A stretch of 64,000 nucleotides of DNA from a virus (taxonomy: Duplodnaviria > Caudoviricetes): the IMG/VR virus record IMGVR_UViG_3300020577_006545, positions 1-64,000 of that record; one strand, 5' to 3'. Within the stretch, counting starts at the first letter, position 1, and each line of letters begins with the position of its first letter. This document shows positions 36,225 through 46,518 of this stretch, piece after piece. The translations under genes and the position numbers were made by a program. The notes under the pieces were generated by a model. The model saw only the letters and a program-made list of their open reading frames with translations. It was not told the DNA's origin and made no database searches.

Positions 36225-37553
36225 ATGAGTAATATTCAAAATGGACAAGTAGCTTTTGTTGTAGGGGATGGATACTTCGGTCTGTCAAACCCAGCGGCAA
36301 TAAATAACAATCCTGCATTAGCAGTTGATAGCGGTCTAACAAAGATCGCAAAAAATATGAAACGAATACTTGAGAAGATGGGTTTCTCAAGAGTTGTGTA
36401 TGTGTCAGTATCTGGACACCCACACGCTCCACTTGAAGGGATCGCTTATCACATTGGTAATCAACTAGGCAACCCAAACCATCAAGACCCATTTGAAAGA
36501 TTAAATCCAGTTGAAAAATTTGACAGACTTGTAGAACAATTCAGGCCGACACTAGTTGTATCTGTTCACGATCTATGGATGCTATTCACACCGTTCTTAT
36601 CAGCATATAGAGAAAACTTTACGTGGGTTCAATATGATCCAGTAGAAGCAGATTATTATCCACAAACAGTAGTATATTCTCTTCCAACTAACCCAGCAAT
36701 ACAACCAATTCCAATCGCAGACGTTTTGAAAAACGCAAACTATGTAATTGCATATAATACATTTGGCGCACAGGGATTAAAAGCGATGGGGAGAGAACCA
36801 AATAAATGTATTCATAATGGTTTAAATCCAAGAGAAATTTATGAAATAGAAAATAGACAGGTTTGTCTTGATAGAAGACGAGCGATTGGCATTCAAGATG
36901 ATTGGACTATGTTTTTTCACATGGGGAGAAACTCGGTTAGAAAGCGTCCAGATATTATGTTAGAAGCATGGTTTAAATTTACTCAATTAGTTGAAAAAAC
37001 TGGTAAACCACTTAAAGCAAAATTCTATGTTCATACAGACAGATATTCATTTAATGGATTTGATATTCCATCAATCATAAAAAGACTTGGTATTGAAAAA
37101 TCAGTAGTTATGCCAAGTGAATTGAATTTCAGTTTAGATGATTTGAATATCTTCTATAATGCAAGCGATATCTATGTGGGTCTTCCAGGTGGCGAAGGGC
37201 ACGGTCTTGGTTTTAGTGAAGCGATGTATCTTGGTAAACCATTAGTGTATGGGTGTTATGGTGGTCATATAACTTATTGCAAAGGCGCTGGTATTGAAAT
37301 TCCAGCGATACAATTTTTAAGTGAACAGAATATTGATGCACCAAGAGCAGTAATCAGTTCTACTAAAGCGGCTCAGGCTATGTTTGATTTATACAGTTCA
37401 CCCGAATTAAGAAAACAATATGGAGATGTTGGCAGAGAAATTGCTAAGAAAGAATTAACATGGGATGTGTTGGATAGCAAATTTGAAGAAGCGTTTAATG
37501 AAGCATTAAGTGGTGCAAGAAATTCTTCTATCTTTGCTAAGAAAGTTGTATGA
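36225..37553 (+). CDS. GT4 family glycosyltransferase
   Basis: MGRNSVRKRPD, YNASDIYV..GEGHGLGFSEAM..GKP. Confidence 0.88.
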   Translation: MSNIQNGQVAFVVGDGYFGLSNPAAINNNPALAVDSGLTKIAKNMKRILEKMGFSRVVYVSVSGHPHAPLEGIAYHIGNQLGNPNHQDPFERLNPVEKFDRLVEQFRPTLVVSVHDLWMLFTPFLSAYRENFTWVQYDPVEADYYPQTVVYSLPTNPAIQPIPIADVLKNANYVIAYNTFGAQGLKAMGREPNKCIHNGLNPREIYEIENRQVCLDRRRAIGIQDDWTMFFHMGRNSVRKRPDIMLEAWFKFTQLVEKTGKPLKAKFYVHTDRYSFNGFDIPSIIKRLGIEKSVVMPSELNFSLDDLNIFYNASDIYVGLPGGEGHGLGFSEAMYLGKPLVYGCYGGHITYCKGAGIEIPAIQFLSEQNIDAPRAVISSTKAAQAMFDLYSSPELRKQYGDVGREIAKKELTWDVLDSKFEEAFNEALSGARNSSIFAKKVV

Positions 37554-37825
37554 AAGGTATTTTCAAATATCCCAAGAAATCAAGCGACGATAACGATAAG
37601 AAATGTAAAGATTTTCTAATGACGAATTATAATTGCAGTGATGATGATGCAAACAAGAGAACTGAGGCGATAAAAGAAATTTGTATTGACGTTATGAATA
37701 AATTGTTATTAACACAATTGAAGATTGAAACGAGAGCAGACTTAATAAATCTTGTTAAACAATACAACACAATATCTAATGCAAAGATTATAGAATATTT
37801 GGAGAGAGAATTTGGCAAAGACTAA
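37550..37825 (+). CDS. Hypothetical protein
   Basis: 91 aa ORF. Confidence 0.5.
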   Translation: MKGIFKYPKKSSDDNDKKCKDFLMTNYNCSDDDANKRTEAIKEICIDVMNKLLLTQLKIETRADLINLVKQYNTISNAKIIEYLEREFGKD

Positions 37826-38003
37826 GAAATGTCCTGATTGTGATGGAAGAGGCGAGAAGTACATCGTTGGCTTTGGCTTAGTCAGTAGATTTGTTGATGA
37901 AGCTACTAAATGTGAGAAATGTAATGGGTCTGGTAAAGTATTATATAAAAATTCAATACTTGAATTTTGGAAGAGAATGAGAAATTTTGGGAGAAGTGAA
38001 TGA
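37812..38003 (+). CDS. DnaJ-type zinc-finger small protein
   Basis: CPDCDGRG and CEKCNGSG. Confidence 0.7.
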   Translation: MAKTKKCPDCDGRGEKYIVGFGLVSRFVDEATKCEKCNGSGKVLYKNSILEFWKRMRNFGRSE

Positions 38004-38215
38004 TTGATAAAATATTTGAAGGGACACATATAGAAAAAATATTTGAAAAAATAGAACAGGATATAAATAGAATAACATGCAATGTTACTGAACATGATTA
38101 TGAAAAACCAGATTACATTAAAATGTTAGGAAGTGAACATTCAATTTATGGTAAAAAATGTAAGAGATGCAATGCATTTGAATTTGTGGCAGACCCAAAC
38201 AAGGAGACTAAATGA
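38000..38215 (+). CDS. Hypothetical protein
   Basis: 71 aa, C..HD...CKRC. Confidence 0.55.
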   Translation: MIDKIFEGTHIEKIFEKIEQDINRITCNVTEHDYEKPDYIKMLGSEHSIYGKKCKRCNAFEFVADPNKETK

Positions 38216-39345
38216 AAAAAGTTTTATATATGGCAATTAAAGCGGATAACGGATACGGTATATCTGCTAAATCAATTTTGGATACTTTCTATAAAATGAA
38301 AGATGTTCAAGTTGACGTTCTTTATTTAAATGATCCGACATTCCGTAATCAGAAACTTGCAGATGAATATGATATAGCTGTTCATCATACAGCACCAAAC
38401 AATTTAATTCAGGATTATCAAAATAATGGATACATCAAGATGGCTATGTCAAGAGCAAAAAAGAAATACCAATATATTCTTTGGGAAAGTGACAGACTTC
38501 CATCAGGATTAACGGAATTTTTTAAATCAGATGTTCTTGATGGTTTTATTTGTCCTTCGCATTTTACAGAAGGGTTGGTTAAAGGATTTGGAAAAGAAGT
38601 TCATTATATTCCGATCACACAGGACGATATAAATTATCATCCTGATAAAAGACCAAAGAATAGTCCTACATTTAATGTAGTAACAGTCGCACAACTATCT
38701 GTTAGAAAAGCGATAGATGTATCGGTTTGTGCTTTTGTAAATGCATTTAAAGACATTCCAGATAAAGTGAAGTATTATATTAAGATTGGTGAGAAACTTG
38801 AGAACACTGACATCAATCAATTAATTAAAGGAAACATTGGGAGAAGTTTATTACCAAATAGAGGCAATATATATGTCATTGATAGATTACTATCACAATC
38901 TGATTTAGAAAATCTATACCTCAATTCACATTGTTATCTTCATCTTTCTAGAGGCGAAGGATTTGGTATGACGCCGTTAACAGCGATCAATTACGGGCTT
39001 CCAGTTGTCTACAGTGATTGGTCTGCACATACAGAATTTTTAAGTAAAGACAAAAAGTCATTGCCAGTAGATGGTAGATTGGACTTTGCACATTCAATGG
39101 ATGTTAGATTTGGATTTGAAGCAGGTATGAAATGGTATGAGTGTAATGTAAGCGATGCCGCTGATAAACTGAGGGCAATGTATGATAAATGGGCTGGTGG
39201 AAGATTAAAATTTAATGCTCCTGATGTAGTTAATGAATATAAAGAAGAGGCTGTAATCTCAAACATTGCTAAATTAATCGGTATTGAAAAAGTAGAATTC
39301 AAAGCGATCCAAATGGTTGGTGGAATAAATATGGTGGAGGTTTAA
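38212..39345 (+). CDS. GT4 family glycosyltransferase
   Basis: RKAID, SRGEGFGMTPLTAI..GLPVVYS. Confidence 0.88.
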   Translation: MKKVLYMAIKADNGYGISAKSILDTFYKMKDVQVDVLYLNDPTFRNQKLADEYDIAVHHTAPNNLIQDYQNNGYIKMAMSRAKKKYQYILWESDRLPSGLTEFFKSDVLDGFICPSHFTEGLVKGFGKEVHYIPITQDDINYHPDKRPKNSPTFNVVTVAQLSVRKAIDVSVCAFVNAFKDIPDKVKYYIKIGEKLENTDINQLIKGNIGRSLLPNRGNIYVIDRLLSQSDLENLYLNSHCYLHLSRGEGFGMTPLTAINYGLPVVYSDWSAHTEFLSKDKKSLPVDGRLDFAHSMDVRFGFEAGMKWYECNVSDAADKLRAMYDKWAGGRLKFNAPDVVNEYKEEAVISNIAKLIGIEKVEFKAIQMVGGINMVEV

Positions 39346-39346
39346 G

Positions 39347-39964
39347 ATGACTATAAAAATAATAGACAAATGTAATGATTGTGGACATTATAGTAATGCT
39401 GAAAATTTTAGAATGATATTTGGTAATTTTTTAATCGGCAGAAGTAAATGTCCTAATTGTAAATCCAAAAATATAGAACAAAATTGGTGTCCTCCAAAAC
39501 CAAAAGCACCTCCGCCAGGCCAAGGAATTAAAAAAAATAAAAAAAAATAATGGAAAAACCAAAACCACCAATAGGTAAGGTTTTTTATGAAGGTGATGAG
39601 CCAAGAGTTTTAGCAAGATACATTTATGAAAATGAAATTCATATGTTTAGTACACTATGTCCAAAGTGTGGCTCTTCTTTAAAAAAGAAATTTTTATTTT
39701 TTCGTTCAAAACATTGCATACAATGGAGATGTAGTAACTATTATGGAAACCATCAAAGTAAATAAAAAGGTATGGTTAGTGTTTGATAGATACCCACAAT
39801 CACCAGAGTTAAGTGTTGTTTGCTTTACATCAAAAGTAAAAGCAAAGAAATGGATGGATGAAATGAATGGATTAGTTGATGATGATGAAAGAAATTTTTA
39901 CAATTTAAAAGAAGATGAGATGCAATTTTATGGACCATTTCCATTTAAGTTAAAAGGCGAATAA
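39347..39964 (+). other. Three small hypothetical ORFs (39347-39550 and 39550-39765 zinc ribbons; 39743-39964)
   Basis: CxxC pairs in the first two; translational overlaps. Confidence 0.55.
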
Positions 39965-40035
39965 TTTTTAATATCGCTTGCTTTATGGCGATGCTTATGA
40001 TAAGATATATTATATTCTCATCAAACGCAAGTTGA

Positions 40036-40251
40036 ATGTCTGAAAGTAATTTCATAGATTATTATCGTATTCTTGAATTATTAGAAGATGAAGATAAGTT
40101 TGTTGATTTTCTTATAGAAAATCAAAAGCTACATCCGATAAGCGTTATCGTAATGAGTGCATTACGCCCACCCGATATAATTCCACTGAGTTTTTTCGTT
40201 GAACGACATAAACCGGAATTGTATGAGAAATATAAATTATTATTAACGTAA
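40036..40251 (+). CDS. KY[KR]LL-domain family protein (minimal, domain only)
   Basis: EDEDKFVDFL...HKPELYEKYKLLLT*; promoter TTGCTT-17-TAAGAT at 39978-40006. Confidence 0.7.
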   Translation: MSESNFIDYYRILELLEDEDKFVDFLIENQKLHPISVIVMSALRPPDIIPLSFFVERHKPELYEKYKLLLT

Positions 40252-40252
40252 A

Positions 40253-40435
40253 ATGATTAGTATTGTATTCACAATTATATTGTTAAAAATTATTTTCTTT
40301 AGAGATTTGAACTATAAATGGTTTAATGGTGGTAATTGTCTTTGTGGCGGTAAATTTAAATTGCTTCATCAAAGTAAAATTAGAAAAGACTATCAATGTA
40401 ATATTTGTAAAATGGTAGTAGTGAGGAACTTTTGA
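40253..40435 (+). CDS. Small membrane-anchored zinc-finger protein
   Basis: TM then CLCGG...CNIC. Confidence 0.55.
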   Translation: MISIVFTIILLKIIFFRDLNYKWFNGGNCLCGGKFKLLHQSKIRKDYQCNICKMVVVRNF

Positions 40436-41568
40436 AAATTAGAATTATTGGCAACTATAGAAAAATTCCAGATGGATACGGGACGATGTGCCTTGAATAC
40501 ATTAGGGCATTGATAGAAAACGACTTTAAGGATTTTACGTTGCATCAGGCATTTACAGGAAATTGGCCAGAAGCAGAAAAAGATATACAACAATACGAAA
40601 ATAAAAATTTAGATTATGATGTTAATTTGATAATGTTGACTGCCGATAATGTCAACGTATTTTGTGAACCAAATAAAAAAAATATTTTATTTACTATGTG
40701 GGAGACTGATCGCATACCGTCTCACTGGACAGAATTATGTAATAGATGTGATGCGGTTGTAGTTCCGTCAACATTCTGTCAGGATGTGTTTAAAAAATCT
40801 GGTGTCACAGTCCCAGTTCATATCCTTCCAATTCCAACTGATGTACATAAATTTGAAAAAGTGCAGGTAAATCCAGACCTTGTTGAAATGACAGAGGGTA
40901 AACTAATCTTTTATTCAATTTTTCAATGGGGTGAGAGGAAAAATCCAAAAGCATTATTGAATTCTTATTATTCATCTTTTGGTAGTAAAGATGATGTTCT
41001 TCTTATAATAAAAACACATATTAATGGAACTGATAACGAGCATCTTGAAGTAGAAAACAAGGTTAAATCAATTAGAAATAACATAAAAAGAAATGGTAGT
41101 GATTATCCTAAAGTAATGTTGATTTCAAATAATCTAAACGAAGATCAAATAGCACAAATGCATAAGGTTGGAAATATATATCTTTCATCAACAAGAGGTG
41201 AAGGATGGAATTTGCCGGCGTTTGATGCAGCTCTTGCAGGTAATCATATAATAGCAACTGCTTTTAGTTCTCATATGGATTTTATAGATACTTATAATCA
41301 TTTTAAATATCAAATATATAATAGAGTTCCATTCCAATTAGAACACTGTCATAATGCTGGTCAACTATATACAGCAAATCAAAAATGGGCAAGTGTAAAC
41401 ATACATGAATTTTCAAACAGAATGAAAATGGCGTATGAAGATTGGAAACAAAATGGCAAATTAACCCTTCAAAATAGAAGAGATGAATACTCAAATTACC
41501 TAAAAACTCGTTACTCACGAAAGGAAATAGGACAAAAATTACTTGCAATTATTAAAGAAATAGCATAG
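40432..41568 (+). CDS. GT4 family glycosyltransferase
   Basis: FYSIFQWGERKNP, STRGEGWNLPAFDAA. Confidence 0.88.
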   Translation: MKIRIIGNYRKIPDGYGTMCLEYIRALIENDFKDFTLHQAFTGNWPEAEKDIQQYENKNLDYDVNLIMLTADNVNVFCEPNKKNILFTMWETDRIPSHWTELCNRCDAVVVPSTFCQDVFKKSGVTVPVHILPIPTDVHKFEKVQVNPDLVEMTEGKLIFYSIFQWGERKNPKALLNSYYSSFGSKDDVLLIIKTHINGTDNEHLEVENKVKSIRNNIKRNGSDYPKVMLISNNLNEDQIAQMHKVGNIYLSSTRGEGWNLPAFDAALAGNHIIATAFSSHMDFIDTYNHFKYQIYNRVPFQLEHCHNAGQLYTANQKWASVNIHEFSNRMKMAYEDWKQNGKLTLQNRRDEYSNYLKTRYSRKEIGQKLLAIIKEIA

Positions 41569-41571
41569 AAT
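41543..41571 (+). promoter_or_regulatory. sigma70 promoter, leaderless
   Basis: TTGCAA-17-TAGAAT-7-ATG. Confidence 0.7.
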
Positions 41572-41578
41572 ATACTTT

Positions 41579-42196
41579 ATGTTATACCGTGTAAACCTTG
41601 AATTTAAACCCACCAAAATTCAATTACTTTCTGGTGTAGTTAGTTTTAACACTAATTGGATTTTAGACAGACAAAAATTTATTGATTGGATTTATAAAGA
41701 ACCAATTCTGGTTGATCCGATGAAGCCTAATTCATCTTATCAACATGATATTAGGCAAAAAATGAGGGACGCTGGCAGTAACGGGTACAGCCACAGCGGA
41801 ATGTTTAAAGTAGATAGTATAGAAATCTCATCAAATATTGATGAGAAAGAACTGACTGCTGACAAATTGAAAAATTTACAAGGTGAGTATGTTGAAATAG
41901 CGTGTAAATTAAATTCTAAGTGTGAAAAGGTGTATGTATCGTTTTTAATTAATGTTGATTTATATGAAGGTATTCACCGTCTTTTTAGAAGTTTGTTTGT
42001 TATCCCTAATGATTGGCTGATTGAAGAAAAAGGTTTCCCTTTAAATGAATATTCTTTAAGAGAAGAATGTTATCAAGAACTTATTGCGAAAGAAGTTAAT
42101 TTGGTTGCGTATGGTTATGCAATCACACAAAAGGATACATTTTTGCAAATAATGAATCCATCGCTTTATGAAAAATATGCGTTATTGAGAAATTGA
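41579..42196 (+). CDS. KY[KR]LL-domain family protein (long N-terminus)
   Basis: ends MNPSLYEKYALLRN*. Confidence 0.65.
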   Translation: MLYRVNLEFKPTKIQLLSGVVSFNTNWILDRQKFIDWIYKEPILVDPMKPNSSYQHDIRQKMRDAGSNGYSHSGMFKVDSIEISSNIDEKELTADKLKNLQGEYVEIACKLNSKCEKVYVSFLINVDLYEGIHRLFRSLFVIPNDWLIEEKGFPLNEYSLREECYQELIAKEVNLVAYGYAITQKDTFLQIMNPSLYEKYALLRN

Positions 42197-42197
42197 T

Positions 42198-42431
42198 ATG
42201 AACAAATATGTAAAAGAAACTATAGAATTGATTAAATCACTTGAAGAAGAAGAGATACTTGAAATTCTTCTCTCTGAAAAGAGAGACAATCCTGTTGAAC
42301 TAATGCCATTTATCAACAGGGACAAAGTTACTTTAGGGATTATTGTTCATAAGTTTCGTCCAGAAGTTGTAGAGAAATATAAGTTACTAATAGATGAGAA
42401 AGAAGATGAAGAACAATACTACGACGATTGA
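42198..42431 (+). CDS. KY[KR]LL-domain family protein
   Basis: SLEEEEIL...FRPEVVEKYKLLID. Confidence 0.65.
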   Translation: MNKYVKETIELIKSLEEEEILEILLSEKRDNPVELMPFINRDKVTLGIIVHKFRPEVVEKYKLLIDEKEDEEQYYDD

Positions 42432-42675
42432 TGAATTTAATACTACTCCATCAAGATTGCTTAGAAATTGTCTTGAGAATTTTAATAGTGGGTCGTATCT
42501 TATTTATAGATTTGGTAGAGAATTTTTGTCTTTAAGCGAAGATGAGAAAATAGAATTTATTATTTTATTAAATCAAACAGAAGATATTAAAAACACATAT
42601 TTATCAAGTCTAACAGCATTGATTATGGCAAGCGATATGGAGTTTTATGAGAAATACAAAGTTATCATTAACTGA
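42394..42675 (+). CDS. KY[KR]LL-domain family protein
   Basis: LSEDEKIEFI...EFYEKYKVIIN*. Confidence 0.6.
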   Translation: MRKKMKNNTTTIDEFNTTPSRLLRNCLENFNSGSYLIYRFGREFLSLSEDEKIEFIILLNQTEDIKNTYLSSLTALIMASDMEFYEKYKVIIN

Positions 42676-42994
42676 TATTAAAAGATACGGATTTAAGTAT
42701 TTTCTACTTGAGTCGGATCATCCTGAGAATAAGGAAGGAAGTTTTGCGTGGAGTAAACTAAAATTTGTTTATGCAAACAAAGGGAAGGTGTATGTGGAAA
42801 ATCAAATAGATTTATTAGATTTTGAAAAAATGCTTAAAGAAGCAACAGAAGAAGAATTGATAGAGTTCGTCACTACTGCGAAACTTGTTTTTATTAATCT
42901 AAAAGCAAGAGAGATGTATGGGGAAAGAGGTGAGAAATATTTTGCCGCTGTGATACCAAAGTTCTATAAAAAATATAAGTTACTATTTGCATGA
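42647..42994 (+). CDS. KY[KR]LL-domain family protein
   Basis: ATEEELIEFV...PKFYKKYKLLFA*. Confidence 0.65.
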   Translation: MRNTKLSLTDIKRYGFKYFLLESDHPENKEGSFAWSKLKFVYANKGKVYVENQIDLLDFEKMLKEATEEELIEFVTTAKLVFINLKAREMYGERGEKYFAAVIPKFYKKYKLLFA

Positions 42995-43599
42995 TAGGAA
43001 ACAACATAAAACTCGTTATATTTGATCTTTACAATACTCTTGTCGTCCCAGGGCGACAGGCTAATAGCCCATATGAAAGACTATTTAAAGCCGCTGAATT
43101 GCCAAGAGAAGAAGCCACTAAACTTAGAACAGTATTACTAACACAAAAATTTCTATTTGATGATTTTGTTAAAAAATTTTTACCACAAATTCCACAACAA
43201 CAGGTCTTGATGATTAGAGACTATCTTGAAAAAGAATTAGCCAATACAAAACTTTTTCCAGAAGTAAATGAAGTGTTGGAGAAATTATATACTAAATATG
43301 ATCTTTGTTTGATATCAAATGCGTCAGCAGATTTTAAAAGACCTTTCTTTAGGTTAGGACTTGATAAATATTTTGATAAGGTTATATTTTCGTGTGACGT
43401 TGGTTACACGAAGCCAAATCCAGAAATATATAAAATGGGAATGATGGGACATAGACCTGACGAAATACTAATGATTGGCGACAGTATTAAATCTGATTAT
43501 AATGGACCAAAAGCTGTAGGGTTTCATGCAAAAGTTATTGACAGAAAAGGAGTTAAAGATGTCAAAAATAAAATCACTAATTTAACAGAACTTACTTGA
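42991..43599 (+). CDS. HAD-superfamily hydrolase
   Basis: VIFDLYNTL, ISN, KPNPEIY, MIGDS..SD..GP..VG. Confidence 0.9.
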   Translation: MIGNNIKLVIFDLYNTLVVPGRQANSPYERLFKAAELPREEATKLRTVLLTQKFLFDDFVKKFLPQIPQQQVLMIRDYLEKELANTKLFPEVNEVLEKLYTKYDLCLISNASADFKRPFFRLGLDKYFDKVIFSCDVGYTKPNPEIYKMGMMGHRPDEILMIGDSIKSDYNGPKAVGFHAKVIDRKGVKDVKNKITNLTELT

Positions 43600-43624
43600 T
43601 TTTACATACCTTTGCCGATATAAT
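43596..43624 (+). promoter_or_regulatory. sigma70 promoter, leaderless
   Basis: TTGATT-17-TATAAT-7-GTG. Confidence 0.75.
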
Positions 43625-43631
43625 TTAAACG

Positions 43632-44768
43632 GTGAAGGTAATTGGAATAAAGTACTATGGGGCTTTCTATGACAATAGCGGATATGGCGAAGCCGCTAGA
43701 TATAATGTCAAAGCAATTAATGAATTAGGCATTCCAATTAAAATAACAAATGTTTCATTTGCGCCACAACCTTCCTTATTTAAGGAGGACGTTCAATTGT
43801 TTGAAGAACTTTCAAACAGAAACATAGAATATAATCTTTGTATTTATCATTTTACTCCTGAGAATGTCCCGCGTTTTCTTGAAAAAGACAAAATTAATGT
43901 TATACATACTACATGGGAAACGAATAGGTTACACCCACATTGGGTTCCTATTTGTAATTCAGTAAACGCAATTCTTGTTCCTTCTTCTTGGAATATTGAA
44001 GTGTTTAAAAATTCCGGTGTTACTGTCCCTATACTAAAATTCCCACATATATTTAATGTGAACAAATTTGATGGAGTTGAACCATTAAAAGCATTTGAAC
44101 GATTTGATAATACTTTAAAATTTTATTCTGTATTTCAATGGAGCGAAAGAAAAAATCCGTATGGACTGATTAGAACATATTTGTCAGAGTTTGATGAAAA
44201 AGACGACGTTGTTCTTTTCCTTAAAACTTATGTTGTAAATGGGACAAGAAAAGATGCTCTGTGGGTTATTGACGAAATTAATAATATTAAAAGTTCTATA
44301 ACAAAAGATGTTGGGCAGGGTTTTCCAAAGATGGTTGCGCTTACGGATATAATGGATGAAAAGATGTTAAACTCTCTTCATAAATCTATGGATGTTTATC
44401 TTGCTCCTGTAAGGGGAGAGGGGTTTGGTATGCCAATTCTTGATGCTGTATTAGCAGAAAGAAATATAATAGCTACGGGATATTCAGCACAGACTGATTT
44501 TCTAAATAGAGACATTCATTCTCTATTAAATTACCAGTTAACAACTGTTTGCGACATGAATTGGATACCGTGGTATTTAAGCGATCAGTACTGGGCTGAA
44601 CCTAACCTTGCACAATTTGCTGAAAAAATGAGGTGGTATTATATGTCTTGGAAAGATGGAGGTTTACCATTTAAAGAAGAAATAAAAGAATATGCAAAAT
44701 TCATTAAGAATGTTTATTCAAAAGAAAGTATTATTGAAACATTACTATTACAATTGGAGGAAATTTAG
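43632..44768 (+). CDS. GT4 family glycosyltransferase (paralog of 40432)
   Basis: FYSVFQWSERKNP, VRGEGFGMPILDAV. Confidence 0.88.
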   Translation: MKVIGIKYYGAFYDNSGYGEAARYNVKAINELGIPIKITNVSFAPQPSLFKEDVQLFEELSNRNIEYNLCIYHFTPENVPRFLEKDKINVIHTTWETNRLHPHWVPICNSVNAILVPSSWNIEVFKNSGVTVPILKFPHIFNVNKFDGVEPLKAFERFDNTLKFYSVFQWSERKNPYGLIRTYLSEFDEKDDVVLFLKTYVVNGTRKDALWVIDEINNIKSSITKDVGQGFPKMVALTDIMDEKMLNSLHKSMDVYLAPVRGEGFGMPILDAVLAERNIIATGYSAQTDFLNRDIHSLLNYQLTTVCDMNWIPWYLSDQYWAEPNLAQFAEKMRWYYMSWKDGGLPFKEEIKEYAKFIKNVYSKESIIETLLLQLEEI

Positions 44769-45640
44769 TGTTACCACTAGTTAAAAAATTTGAATATAAC
44801 AAGGATAGTCAGAATAAAGTTCTGATTATATCTGGTGCCCACGGAGATGAATTAACGCCGTTAAGAACAGTGTGGCTTTTAAATGATTATTTCGGAAAAG
44901 AAAAAGATGCTAGATTTGTTAATATACATCATATAACAACTGTAATGGGGGCTAACCATACAGGTTTGAAAAATAATGAAAGAAAATTAGTACCAGATAG
45001 TCATAAAGGTGATATGAATAGAATGTTTGATGAGGAATATGATTATGATGCTCACGAAGAATTAAAGAAACTAATTGACGATCACAATATTATAATTGAT
45101 GTTCACTCATCACCAAGAGTGAATGAGTTTGTATTGGTTGATATAGACGGCTATACGGAATTTATTCTAAAATGGTTAAAGAAAGCCAATGTGAATTATG
45201 GGTGCAGGTTCCCAGTTTCAAACGGCACAATCAAGAAATATGCTTTAAAGAATAATAAAGTTGGGTTGACTATTGAACTAAATGCACTGGATAAAATTGA
45301 TTATTCATCTGCAAGTAAAGGTGAAATGATGATATTCAATCTTCTTGATAATATTAAATTTGAAATGAAAGAAGATTTTAAAATACCTTATAACATTGGT
45401 TATGTTGATGAAGCAATAGAGATGGAAGATATTAAAGCTGGATGCGAAGGTATCTTAATGGAAAAATTTCAAGGTGGCGAAATGGTTAAAAGAGGTACAT
45501 TGCTTGCAGAAGTCGTTGACTATGAGATGAAACCTATAAGAGAAATTTTTGCTAAATACGATGCATTTATTGTATCTTTACCGTCGTATCATTATGTCAC
45601 TCCTAGTTCAGTTACATATACTTTAATGAGGATTAAGTAA
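44768..45640 (+). CDS. Succinylglutamate desuccinylase/aspartoacylase-like (M14) hydrolase
   Basis: ISGAHGDE, DMNRMF, IDVHSS, LTIEL; biotinyl-lipoyl-like C-terminus. Confidence 0.8.
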   Translation: MLPLVKKFEYNKDSQNKVLIISGAHGDELTPLRTVWLLNDYFGKEKDARFVNIHHITTVMGANHTGLKNNERKLVPDSHKGDMNRMFDEEYDYDAHEELKKLIDDHNIIIDVHSSPRVNEFVLVDIDGYTEFILKWLKKANVNYGCRFPVSNGTIKKYALKNNKVGLTIELNALDKIDYSSASKGEMMIFNLLDNIKFEMKEDFKIPYNIGYVDEAIEMEDIKAGCEGILMEKFQGGEMVKRGTLLAEVVDYEMKPIREIFAKYDAFIVSLPSYHYVTPSSVTYTLMRIK

Positions 45641-46312
45641 ATGCTTGAAATTTGTATGACATTATATAACCGTGTTGGGTACACAATGAAAGGAATTAAT
45701 TCTCTTCATAAAGTAATCAATAATGAGATTAAAGTCAATTTTATTGACGATTGTTCTACACCAATGAATACAGGTGCAATAAAAGAGATCATTAAAGAAT
45801 GCGGTATGACGAACTATTCATATTACTTAAATGAAAGAAATCTTGGTATTGAAAGAAATATATTTTTCGTGCCTTATGTAACGAATAGTGAGTATCTGTT
45901 TTTAACTGATAACGATATTGTATACAGTTCAAAGTTTCTAGAACAATTAAAGAAAGGTGTTGGGTTTATAGGTTCAGGCAATAACTCAATAATAACTTTT
46001 TTTGATACACCATCGCATAAAATTATTGATGAATATGACGAAAATTATAATCTAAAACAAAGTGTTGGGGGTGCGTCTTTATTATTAAAAACAAATACTA
46101 TGTTTAACGCTTTAAAATATACCTTAAAAAATGGTTATACTGACAGTGCAAAAACTTCATGGGATTGGGGGATGGTAAATTATTGTAAAGAAAACAACAT
46201 TAAAATACTTTCAACAAAAAATAGTTATGTTCAACATATAGGAATTGATGGAGTACACTCACGAAGCAATTTGCCTAATTCGTTTGATGAGGCAAAAAAT
46301 TTTATAGAATAA
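45641..46312 (+). CDS. GT2 family glycosyltransferase
   Basis: YNR..YT, FIDDCS, FLTDND, SYVQHIG. Confidence 0.85.
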   Translation: MLEICMTLYNRVGYTMKGINSLHKVINNEIKVNFIDDCSTPMNTGAIKEIIKECGMTNYSYYLNERNLGIERNIFFVPYVTNSEYLFLTDNDIVYSSKFLEQLKKGVGFIGSGNNSIITFFDTPSHKIIDEYDENYNLKQSVGGASLLLKTNTMFNALKYTLKNGYTDSAKTSWDWGMVNYCKENNIKILSTKNSYVQHIGIDGVHSRSNLPNSFDEAKNFIE

Positions 46313-46356
46313 ATAAAAAATGCAATGCATTTTGAAATGCAATATAAGATAACAAT

Positions 46357-46518
46357 ATGGAGACTAAATTTTCAAAAAAACAAAAAAAAGAAAGACAAGT
46401 ATCTTTCAGGATACAAGAAGAATTATATGAATGGTTGGAGGCTATTTCTAAAAAAGAAAAGAAAACTAAAACTCAATATATAATTGATTTACTCGCAAAA
46501 GAATGGAGTAAGAAATGA
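46357..46518 (+). CDS. Ribbon-helix-helix DNA-binding protein (not in ORF track)
   Basis: RQVSFRIQEELYEWLEAISKKEKKTKTQYIIDLL; ATGA overlap with HNH start. Confidence 0.75.
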   Translation: METKFSKKQKKERQVSFRIQEELYEWLEAISKKEKKTKTQYIIDLLAKEWSKK

